From Prasinococcaceae sp. CCMP 1430 (taxonomy: Eukaryota; Plantae; Prasinodermophyta), in NCBI GenBank assembly GCA_013416795.1, contig RQSC01000125.1:17571-81570 (forward strand): a DNA stretch of 64,000 bases. Direction: 5' to 3'. Within the stretch, counting starts at the first letter, position 1. Each line of letters opens with the position of its first letter. Under the pieces are notes generated by a model. That model had not been told where the DNA came from. It searched no databases and saw nothing but the letters and a program-made list of their open reading frames with translations. Shown here in pieces: positions 42,828 to 52,960 of the stretch. The position numbers and the translations under genes are program-made.

Positions 42828-44951
42828 TCACTCGTCGCGCGCCATTGCGACGGGGTCGGTGACGAGGGCCGTCGTGGAGTGCCGGGGCGCCGCCCGGGCG
42901 CGCGGGTGGAGGGCCTCGGGCATGTTGCTGCACGAGCGCCTGTCCCGGTGCGCGGCGGGGTCCCTTGAGACGCTCCGGCGTGAGGGAGAGGCGCCATTTT
43001 CCCCCTGAGTCTGCGCGAAGGCGCGTGCAGCCCCCGCGTGACACAGGTCGTTCAAGCGCATCTGCCCGCCGTTTTGAGCCTCCTCCACGGACATGCGCGC
43101 AGACGCCGATGAGAGCGAGGTGCGGGTGTCGCTGACCAGCCGGAGCGGCGACTCCATGCGCGAGTTGCGAGGCTGCCGGCCGAGGGCAACGCCGGCGACC
43201 AAACCGCCTCCAGAGGGTGGATTCCCCGCGCTTGCTGATGGGCGAAGGCTGGGCGCGGGCGCCGACACTTCCGGCCCCGCGAGGGCCGCGGCAAAGTCGG
43301 GGACCTGGCGCACGGGCACGGCGCCGTGCGCCTCGCCTTTGCCGTCACTCGTGCTGACCTTGCGCAACCCACCCGAGGACGGCCGGTCACGCGAGCGCCG
43401 CGGCTGTGGGTGAGACGGGTGCGAGAATGTCTTCGAGCGCGTGAGGTCCTGCGCATCCATCGGCGGACGCCCAGGATGCGCTCCGGTGACGTTGCCCTCC
43501 GCTGCGATCGCGCCGCTGGATTGCCGGCGGTGCCGGCGTGCCGCGCCCTCGCTCCTCCCGTTCGCGTGTGGAGCGTTAGCGTCCCGCAGGCGCGCGTCCC
43601 CGTTTCGGCGATGTGTGGGCGCTCGGCGTATCGGTATCGCCTTGTGCGAGTCCGGCGCCAAGGGCATTTCGATCGGATCCGCCATGCGCGTCCCCCGCGA
43701 GAAGTACCCGTGCGCCAGCGCCTCGCCGGCGCTGCTCCGGCGACTCGAGTCGTACGACATCAGCGCGCGCACCAAGGCCACGGTGGGGGCCTCGAGGCCT
43801 TTCTCGCGCAGCACGCTCTCCAACCTGTCGGGATACGAGCTGGGCGGCCGCATGAGCATCGCGTCGCGCGCGTAGCCCGAACGCGCCATCGAGTCCCAAT
43901 AAGACTCCGGAGGCGTGCCGCACAGCTTCCATATTCGATGCAGCTGCTCCACCTCGGTTCTGCCAGGGAGCATTGGCCGCCCCACGACGAGCTCAGCCAG
44001 CATCGCGCCCACGCTCCACATGTCAACCTCGGAGCCGTACCTTGTCTTGCCCAGAAGCAGCTCGGGGGGGCGGTACCACAGGGTGATCACGCGGGTTGTC
44101 AGTGGTCTCAGCATCGTCTCAGACGCGTCGAGCTGGACGGCCAGCCCGAAATCGGCGATTTTGAGCTCGCCTTGGTTGTTCACGAGCAGGTTAGACGCCT
44201 TGAGGTCCCTGTGGCACACGCCCATAGAGTGGATGTACTCGAGCCCCCGCAGCAGCTGCAGCATGTAACGTTTGATCTGGCCTTCGGTCACGGCCGACCC
44301 GCGCGTGCTCCCCATGAGCGCCTGCAGGTCGTGCGGCAGGTACTCGAAGATGAGATACAGCGCGTTGGGCTTTCTGCTGGCAACCACTGCGCGCAGCTCG
44401 ACGATGTTCTCGTGGCGCAGCCGCGTCAGGATTCGCACCTCGCGGCTTATGAACGCGAGCGCCTCGGCGTCGAACGGATCGAATTGCACCCTCTTCAGAG
44501 CGACCACTTCGCCTGAGGCTCGGTCCACGCCCTTGTACACGATTGAATACGTCCCCTCTCCGATCTTGGCGACTCGTTCGAAGTCGTCAATGGAGCGCAG
44601 CGGCTGCCGTCGCGACGCGGCCACCTGGCGCGCCAGCGAGGCGAGCCAGCGTGGCCAGCGCGACACATCGGCGTCCAGCATGGGCGCCACCTTGCTCATG
44701 CTCCCGCCAGCGCCGTTGCTGCCGCTTCCCGGCCGGCTCCCCCCGCTGCTGCTGAAGCTGTTTCGCCGGCTGCCCGCGCGGCTGCTTTCATGACTGCTCG
44801 GGTGGCTCCCTTGGCCATCGCCCCCAGCCGCAGAGAAGCGCTGCTTTTCGCCCTGCCAGGTTCCCACGTGAGCGGCTTGCTCCTTCCCCGGCCTCTCTGC
44901 ATGCTGCTCGTCGCGCACATGCGCTGCGGCCCCGGACGCGCAGTTTCCCAT
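42828..44951 (-). CDS. Cyclin-dependent kinase-like Ser/Thr kinase (CDKC-related plant CKL/IBS1-type)
   Basis: Starts MGNCAS. Motifs: WPRWL, KIGEGTYS, VALKRVQFD, HRDLKASNLL, KIADFGLA and TTRVITLWYRPPELLLG. Confidence 0.92.
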   Translation of the reverse strand: MGNCASGAAAHVRDEQHAERPGKEQAAHVGTWQGEKQRFSAAGGDGQGSHPSSHESSRAGSRRNSFSSSGGSRPGSGSNGAGGSMSKVAPMLDADVSRWPRWLASLARQVAASRRQPLRSIDDFERVAKIGEGTYSIVYKGVDRASGEVVALKRVQFDPFDAEALAFISREVRILTRLRHENIVELRAVVASRKPNALYLIFEYLPHDLQALMGSTRGSAVTEGQIKRYMLQLLRGLEYIHSMGVCHRDLKASNLLVNNQGELKIADFGLAVQLDASETMLRPLTTRVITLWYRPPELLLGKTRYGSEVDMWSVGAMLAELVVGRPMLPGRTEVEQLHRIWKLCGTPPESYWDSMARSGYARDAMLMRPPSSYPDRLESVLREKGLEAPTVALVRALMSYDSSRRSSAGEALAHGYFSRGTRMADPIEMPLAPDSHKAIPIRRAPTHRRNGDARLRDANAPHANGRSEGAARRHRRQSSGAIAAEGNVTGAHPGRPPMDAQDLTRSKTFSHPSHPQPRRSRDRPSSGGLRKVSTSDGKGEAHGAVPVRQVPDFAAALAGPEVSAPAPSLRPSASAGNPPSGGGLVAGVALGRQPRNSRMESPLRLVSDTRTSLSSASARMSVEEAQNGGQMRLNDLCHAGAARAFAQTQGENGASPSRRSVSRDPAAHRDRRSCSNMPEALHPRARAAPRHSTTALVTDPVAMARDE

Positions 44952-45807
44952 CGCGCGCGCGGGCAGGCGTGCCCCTCCTTCGGCGACCAGCATCAGGAGG
45001 CAGTCATGGCGAAGCTCATTGCACCTTGAGCCTCGACCAGGCCGATGGCATCAACTCGGAGGCGCTGGTGGCGCTGCCAGAGGCGCCGGCCCGGCCTTCG
45101 TGTTCGCGGCCGACGGCGCCGCCGAGCAGCCGAGCGAGCCACCGGCCAACAGACGTGAGGCAGGTAGGACACGCTCCTCTCTCTCTCTCTCTCTCTGCCT
45201 CTCTCTCTCTCTGTCTCTCTGTCTCTCTCCGGTCGCGGGCGCAGGCGGCGCGCCGCGCGCCGCGTGCGCGACTGGCGCCCCGCCGACGCGCGGTTTGATT
45301 TTGATGGCCGTTCCCCGAACCCGCACCATCCGCGGCGCGCGCGCAGATTTTCCCGCGGGCGCGCAACAGGAACAGGTCGTCGCGAGGAACGCGCGGCGCA
45401 TCGCACCCGTCGATCGACGGCTGGCATTCGACGGCGTCCGTTCAATCGACGTGCCCGCTCCGCTTGGTCGGAGATGTGGGGGCGGGCCGAGCGAGCGCCT
45501 CCCCCGCGAGAGTCCAGTCGAGCAGCACGACCACCGACCGACCGACCGAGCGACACAACAGGCTCCGGGCGGCCGGCACGCGGCCCACACCCCCACCTCG
45601 TCGGCCGGAGTCCATCTCGCTTACCAGCTCCAGCTCAAGCGAGTCCAGCCCCACGGCGGACTCCGTCAGCAGGCTCGCGCTCGCTGGCTGGTCTGAGATG
45701 AACCCTACCCCTAACTCTGCGCGTTCGCGGGGGGGCGTCAAAGCCGCGCGGATCCACGCTCCGCGCGGCGCAGCGCGCCGTCGCGTCCGCGGCACGCACA
45801 CCGTCAG

Positions 45808-46333
45808 TCAGATGGTGGGTTCGTACACGAGGCTGTTCGTGCTGACTGAGGGCGCGCTGAAGCCCAACCCCAACCCCGCGGTGTCGTGGGCACCACCACC
45901 ACCCACATACTGTACATGGACATGCGTGCCGTGTGTGCGTGTGGGTCGGTCATCGCGACTGTTGGCACACTCGAACAGGCAGGACACACCCCAAAAAACG
46001 TGTGGTGAGCAGCAGCCCCGCGCGGCGGGCGCGCAGCGGGTGCGGATTGATGTGGTGAGAAGTCGCCCGTGGGTGGGTTTGGGGCCTCGGGCGTGGGCTC
46101 GTCCGCGGCGGTGGGCGACTTGGTCGGCGACTTGGTGGGGCGGTCCTTGGGAGGCAGCGTGGGCGCCTTGGTGGGCGACGCCGTCGGGAGCGCCGGGCAG
46201 TGCGTCGGGCCCACCGCATCGCCGCACGAGAAGTACGACTTGCGCTCGCAGCCGGCGGGCTTGCAGAAGCACTCGGTGGGGTCGACAGGGCCCTTGCCCG
46301 GCGGGCCGCCGCACTCGACCGTGGCGCCCTCGC
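45808..46333 (-). CDS. 3' fragment of a Cys-rich and Pro/Thr/Ser-repeat (PTKSPT) surface glycoprotein-like gene, cut at the n at 46334
   Basis: ECGGPPGKGPVDPTECFCKPAGCERKSYFSCG...HCP is followed by PTASPTKAPT..PTKSPTKSPT. Confidence 0.5.
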
Positions 46334-46425
46334 NGCGTGCGCGTCGCCGGAAGCTGCGCGCCGCGCGCTGACGCGTCACGCGCCGCGGCGGCGCCGGTTG
46401 CGATGGCGCGCGCGCGCGCGCGCAG

Positions 46426-48225
46426 GCTCCCATGCTCATCAACGGCGAGTGGGTGCAGTCCAAGACGAGCGAGTGGATCGAGGTGCGCGACCCTGCCACG
46501 CAGGACGTGCTCTCGCTCGTGCCCGAGATGACTGCCGCCGAGTTCGACCTCGCCGTGCGGGGCGCAAAGGACGCCTTCCCCGCGTGGCGGGCGACGCCGC
46601 CGTCGCAGCGCGCGCGCGTCATGCTGCGCCTGCAGGAGGCCATCAACGCCAACATGGACGAGCTCGCCGCGGCGATCACGCGCGAGCAGGGCAAGACGCT
46701 CGCCGACGCGCGCGGCGACGTCTTCCGGGGCCTCGAGGTGGTCGAGGCCATGGCCGGCATGCCCTCCCTGCTGATGGGCGAGCTCGTGGAGAACGTCTCC
46801 AGGGGCATCGACACGTACTCCATCAAGCAGCCGCTGGGCGTCACCGGCGGCATCTGCCCCTTCAACTTCCCCGCGATGATTCCGCTGTGGATGTTCCCGG
46901 TGGCGCTCACCGCCGGCAACACCATGGTGCTCAAGCCCAGCGAGAAGGACCCGGCGGCCGCGATGATGCTCGCCGACCTCGCGCTGCAAGCGGGGCTGCC
47001 GAAGGGCGTGCTGCAGATCGTGCACGGCTCCAAAGGCTGCGTCAACGCGCTCCTCGAACACCCGGACGTCAAGTCGATCTCCTTCGTGGGCTCGACCCCC
47101 GCGGGCAAGTACATCGCCACCAAGGGCGCGGCGCACGGCAAGCGCGTGCAGTCCAACATGGGCGCGAAGAACCACGCGCTCATCATGCCCGACGCGGACG
47201 TCGCGCAGGTGGCGAACGCGCTGGCAGGGGCGAGCTTCGCGGCGGCGGGCCAGCGCTGCATGGCGCTGTCGGCGGTGGTGGTGGTGGGCGACGACGCGCG
47301 CGTCGACGCCATCGCGGGGGCCGTGGCCAAGCTCGGCGAGGGGCTCAAGCTCGGGGCGGGCAAGGACGACGGCACCGACGTGGGTCCGCTCATCACTCCC
47401 GAGGCGGCCAAGCGCGCCGAGGACCTGATCACCGAGGGCGAGAGCAAGGCGAGTGCGCGCGCCCTCAGCGTGCGGCGTCGCTACCAGCCTCCCACCCCCC
47501 CGCACACATGCGCCCTCGCACGCGTGCATACACATCCCCCCCGCGCGCACTGCACTGCACTGCACTGCACTGCCGGGTGTGGCGCTGACCCAGCCAGCCG
47601 CGCTCGCCGCGCTCGTGCTCCGCGCAGGGCGCCAAGGTCGTCCTGGATGGCCGTGACCCGAGCGTGCCTGGCTACCCCAACGGCAATTTCGTGGGGCCCA
47701 CCTTGCTGTCCGGCGTGACCACCGACATGGATTGTTACAAGGAGGAGATCTTCGGCCCCGTGCTGGTGGTGCTCCAAGCGCGTGACATGGACGAGGCCAT
47801 CGCGCTCATCAATGCCAACCCGTACGCCAATGGCACCGCCATCTTCACCACCTCTGGTGCGGCCGCGCGCAAGTTCCAGCACGACATCGACGGAGGCATG
47901 GTGGGCGTGAACGTGCCCATCCCCGTCCCGCTGCCGTTCTTCTCCTTCACGGGCAACAAGGACTCCTTCCAAGGCGAAAACTACTGTGCGTGCGCTCCCC
48001 TCCTCTCGCCCGCGCGCCCGCGCGCTGCGCGCCCCTTCTCCTAGACCCCGTAGCCCGCAGCTGCCTGGCCGGCGCCGCTGACCCGGCCCCGCGCCCACGG
48101 CGTCGCCCTCTGCAGTCTACGGCAAGGCGGGCGTCAACTTCTTCACGCGGACCAAGACTGTCACCACCGCGTGGAAGGACGACTACATGACCAAGCCCTC
48201 GATGGCCGGCGTCGGCACCGGCTGA
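46426..48225 (+). CDS. ALDH6: Methylmalonate-semialdehyde dehydrogenase (ALDH6); introns 47449-47627 (GC-AG) and 47986-48115, first exon missing
   Basis: Motifs: [59 protein letters not shown] and [11 protein letters not shown]. Confidence 0.97.
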
Positions 48226-48602
48226 GCGGGCGGCGGCGCGGCGCGCATCGCCGCGCACTCGCCGCACACGGCCCTCGTCACGGCGCTCGCGACGAGGAGG
48301 AGACCTTCGAGGTGCAGGGCGAGCTCGCGCTCGCCCAGCAGCACGCGCGCAGAGCGCGGAAACTGAAAAAGAAAGTTGCAGAACGCCTCGGCCAGCGCGC
48401 GCACGCCGCGCCGCTGCCGCGCCGCGGGGGGCGCTCGCCACAGCGAGAAGCGAGCGCGCGCCGCGCCGCGCGCCGCCGTCCGCGGGGGCGCGCGGGCTCG
48501 TGCGGGGGAGAGGGTAGCGCCGTGTGGGGTGTTGGTGGGGTGGTGGGTCGGAAGAGGGAGCAGGTTGGGGCGGGGCGCTGATCCCCCCCACGCGCGGGTG
48601 CC

Positions 48603-50070
48603 ATGGCGCAGCGCTCGTCGCAGCTCGACGCGCTGCTGCTCGACAGCGAGCTGTGCTCGATGCTGTTCGACCAGCTCAGCGCGGTGTTCGCGCAGCTTCC
48701 CGCGGGGCGCGTCGCGCTGGAGCGATACGCGCCCGAGGCGCGGCTCGCGCTGGGCGTGGCCATCTGGGCGGCGACCGTCGGCCGCGGCGGGCAGACGCCC
48801 GGGTACGCGCTCATGAACCTGCGCCGCGTCGCCGGGGCGCGGCGAGGCGCGGACGCGGTGGGTGGCGGCGCGGTCAGGCGCGCCGCGCGAACAGGTACGG
48901 AGGGCGCACCGCTCGGTGCCGCACGGCGGTACGCGTGGCTTCTCAGTGCCGTCGTCGCGCCGTGGGCGTTTGCGCGTGCGCGCGACGCCATGGCCGCGCG
49001 GCGCTGGGGGTCGCAGCCGCCCGGGAGCGCGCGGCGGAGGCTGTGGGACGCCCACGGGTACGCGGAGAGGTTCGCGAGCGTCGCCAGCCTGGGCAACTGG
49101 GTGCTCTTCCTGATGGTGCGTTTAGCCGCCGCCGCCACCACCGCGAGTGCGGCTCGCATCACTCGTGGGCTGCGATGTCGCGCGCGCAAAAGAGCGCGCA
49201 TCCCCCTGACTCGAGCCACGCGCGCGTGACTGGCGCCCATCCACCGTGCGGTACAGTGGGGGGGGTACCCGACAGTCTCGGAGCGCGTCGCTGGCGCGCG
49301 CGCCGTGCCCGCGCGCGCCGACGTCGGCCGCGCGCCCGACTTCGAGGAGCTCTCGCGCCAGCTCGTGTGGCGCGAACTCTCCGAGACCATGCTGTACATC
49401 CTGCCCGTGCTAAGCGCTCAGGGCGCGCGCGTTCGCGCGATGATGCGAGGGGTGACAAGCGCGGGAGGGGGTAAAGGGACCACGCTGGATGCCGACACCA
49501 GGTGTGCCCTCGCTCGCCGCCTGCGTGCCTGCAAGCGCCCGCTGACGTGCGCGCGCTTGCGCGTGCGCGTGCGTTTGTGCATGGATGCCTGTGGGATGGG
49601 GCATATGTGAGCGAGCCGACGCGCGTGCCCTGACGAGGCGCTCACATGCCGGCACGCGCCACGACGGCGCTCGGCGACGCAGGTCGCACGCGTCGGGATG
49701 CCCCGTTTGTGGTTCGGCGCGATGCGTTGCGCCGTACGCCGCTGAGCCCTGCGGTCACGTGTACTGCTACTACTGCTTGCGCGCGTTGGCCGCAGACGCA
49801 GAGCGACGCGGAGCCGGCGCGCCGCGCTGCGCGCGTTGCTTCGAGCCCATTGAAGCGATGCGCAGAAAGCTGCCGCCGCGCGTCGATGCCGAGGACGGCG
49901 AGGCCGAGGACGATACCCAAGCTGTCGCAGATGGCGTCAACGCGACGCTCGACGCCGCCCAAGCGGCGGCCGACGTTGATGCCCAGGCGCTCGCCCTCGC
50001 TGAGGCGGCGGCTGAGGCTCAGGGAGCGGCGGCCGTGGCTGGCGGCGAAGGCGGGGCGTGTGACGCATGA
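48603..50070 (+). CDS. PEX2: Peroxin 2 RING ubiquitin ligase, multi-exon
   Basis: Motifs: SQLDALLLDSEL, QTPGYALMNL, FEELSRQLVWRELSE and the RING CPVC...PCGHVYCYYC...CARC. Confidence 0.9.
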
Positions 50071-50268
50071 CGCCGTCGCGCCGTGCCGCGCTCTTCGCCT
50101 CTAATAACTAATACACACGTGCGCCGCCATTGCGCGCTCACGCCGTGAGTCCAGTAGGTTTCACGCCCTCGATTACGCGCGCAAAGGCGCGAGCCCGGGG
50201 GCGCGGTCTGGCTTGCTTGTTGCTGTGTGGACATTCGGCATGCAATGCGCACGCCCACGCATCATGCG

Positions 50269-50898
50269 CTACTCCTTCGTGTCGCCGTCGGCCCCATCCG
50301 TCTTGGGCGCGGGTGCGTCCGCACTCGCCTCGTCACCGTCGCCCCCGTCGCCCTCGAACTTCTTGAGGTACGGCTCAACTTCGTCGTAGGCGGCCTGCAC
50401 CTTGTCCACGAGCGCCAAGCAAAGCTCCTTGCTCTCCTTGATGGTCGCCTGGCGCAGCTCGACCAGCGCCTTGGTCACCTTGTCGGCGCCCATGCTGCGC
50501 GCAGGAGGCAGGTGCGACGGCGAAGGAGGGGGCGTGCGCGCGCGGAGGAGGACGCCACGGGGCGCGCACGGGTCAGCCACTCGGTCGGGCGTGCTAGCAC
50601 CTGCCACTCCGAGGGGAGCAGGGCGGGGCGCGCGCTCCGCCGTCGCTGCGGCGAGCGGCGCGCTCCGGGCGCTGCGGCGGCGACGACGCACTTTGACGAG
50701 CTCCCCTTGAACTGGTGCGCCGTGGCGTCAATCTTCTTCCACTGAGGGTCGTCCTCTGTGGCGAGCGTGCGGAGCTTGGTGGTGTGCTCGGCCGCGTCCT
50801 CCATGTATTGCTTGGTCACCTCGGCGACGAAGCTCGGCCCGTCGGGGTCGTCGTCGAGCATCACGAGCTGCACGAACTGGTCGACGATGATTCCCTGC
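50269..50898 (-). CDS. HPt: Histidine-containing phosphotransfer protein (AHP/YPD1-like); 5' end in the gap
   Basis: DQFVQL...PSFVAEV and IDATAHQFKGSSS-N-MGADKV (spliced), with the phospho-accepting His present. Confidence 0.92.
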
Positions 50899-52410
50899 GA
50901 GCGCGAGGCGAGCGCGGCGGGCGGGCTCGCTGGTCAGCGCGTCGAGTGACGGGCGTCCGCGGGCCACCGCGCCGCCCGCTCNNNNNNNNNNNNNNNNNNN
51001 NNNNNNNNNNNNNNNNNNNNNNNNNNNNNNNNNNNNNNNNNNNNNNNNNNNNNNNNNNNNNNNNNNNNNNNNNNNNNNNNNNNNNNNNNNNNNNNNNNNN
51101 NNNNNNNNNNNNNNNNNNNNNNNNNNNNNNNNNNNNNNNNNNNNNNNNNNNNNNNNNNNNNNNNNNNNNNNNNNNNNNNNNNNNNNNNNNNNNNNNNNNN
51201 NNNNNNNNNNNNNNNNNNNNNNNNNNNNNNNNNNNNNNNNNNNNNNNNNNNNNNNNNNNNNNNNNNNNNNNNNNNNNNNNNNNNNNNNNNNNNNNNNNNN
51301 NNNNNNNNNNNNNNNNNNNNNNNNNNNNNNNNNNNNNNNNNNNNNNNNNNNNNNNNNNNNNNNNNNNNNNNNNNNNNNNNNNNNNNNNNNNNNNNNNNNN
51401 NNNNNNNNNNNNNNNNNNNNNNNNNNNNNNNNNNNNNNNNNNNNNNNNNNNNNNNNNNNNNNNNNNNNNNNNNNNNNNNNNNNNNNNNNNNNNNNNNNNN
51501 NNNNNNNNNNNNNNNNNNNNNNNNGCGCGCGCGCCGCGCGCTCGCCGGCTCCGCTCGGCCGCCGACCCCTCCCTCCGCGTCGAGACCGCCCTCGGCGCGG
51601 ACGGCACGCGGGGGGGGGAGGGTGCGGGGGCGCGCGCGCCGCGCTGTGGCACCCCCCTGACCTCCCTCCCTGCCCCCCCACACCCTCGCGCGCGCGCGCG
51701 CGCGCGCGCGCGGGCCCCAGCCGCTCCACTCCAGGGTTAGTTAGGGGTTCGGACGTCAAAAGGCAAAGGCGACGCCGGCAGGGCCCTTCGCACGAACCGT
51801 AGGATGAACAGGCGCGCGCGCGAGGTCGCCCCGGCCTCGTCGGCGTTTTGGCAGGGTCTACGGATTGATGCGAACGCATACGGAGACGCGGCCGTCGGCG
51901 TCCGGGGCCGGCCGCGGCGGCGCGCGCCGCGGGGAGGTCAAAATGAATGTCTGATTGAGTTGCGGTCGAATGAAATGGGGTTTCTCGTGTGGACAGCACC
52001 TGCCACCACCCCCGCGCCGGTTCACTTTGACCTATGAAATACGGAAAGACGTTATTTAGACGTTGAAAACGTTTTATAACTTAAAGTGTATGAGGGTCTC
52101 CCATACAATCGCCTGCAAACACGAGCTACGGCACTGACATCACAGGAGAAAAGGCCGTCTTCGCCCAACCGAGTGGCGAGGACGATTGATTTGACCCCAC
52201 GAAAGAATCAAACCCCACCATCAACCGAAGGGTGCTTCACGTACATGTAATAGATGTGATGGTTTCCCTCAGCGCGGGGCGCGCCCGCTCCTCATCTGAC
52301 ATCTCGCCGATCAGGCGTTACCATCAGGATGGTGCAGTACACTGGACAGTACGTACGGTAGTACTGCGGTACGCCTCCCTGATGATCGCCCGCGTTCAAA
52401 GTGACGGCAT

Positions 52411-52418
52411 AAACCCTA
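52411..52418 (+). promoter_or_regulatory. Telo-box (AAACCCTA) upstream of the coiled-coil gene
   Basis: Exact motif, followed by CTAAACCCC. Confidence 0.5.
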
Positions 52419-52960
52419 CTAAACCCCAAAGGCGGCGTCCGCGCGTCTCCGGCGCGCCGATCGCTGCGCGTCGCACCCGAGTATGCGCGCACTTATGCAA
52501 GTGCTCGCCCGTTTGTTATTATTATGTCGTTTTATTTGATGAGATGCCGAAGTGGCGCGCGCGCGGTAGTCGCTGGCGCGCTCGGCGCGCACGGGCGGGC
52601 GCACAGCGCGCGCGAGCGGCGCCACCTGCCACCCCGTTCCCCCCCCCCCCCCTCCACGTCGTCCCCTGCCCCGGGACGCACTCGTTCGTCCTCCGTACGG
52701 GAGGAGCGCGTGGGCGGGGCTCGCGGGCGGGGCTGCGGATTGCCGGGGGGCATCCGAGGGGCGCGATGGGGCGCAGGCGCGGCGGCGGGGGCGCGNNNNN
52801 NNNNNNNNNNNNNNNNNNNNNNNNNNNNNNNNNNNNNNNNNNNNNNNNNNNNNNNNNNNNNNNNNNNNNNNNNNNNNNNNNNNNNNNNNNNNNNNNNNNN
52901 NNNNNNNNNNNNNNNNNNNNNNNNNNNNNNNNNNNNNNNNNNNNNNNNNNNNNNNNNNNN

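Noticed and set aside
52250-52400. Possible C/D-box snoRNA (TGATGG...CTGA with short terminal pairing)
   Set aside because: Box C is imperfect, the spacing is short, and I could not identify an rRNA-complementary guide. An Infernal/snoscan run would be needed.
50715-52960. ORFs containing long X runs
   Set aside because: They are open only because N gaps hide stops. The same applies at 20162, 24263 and 38507.
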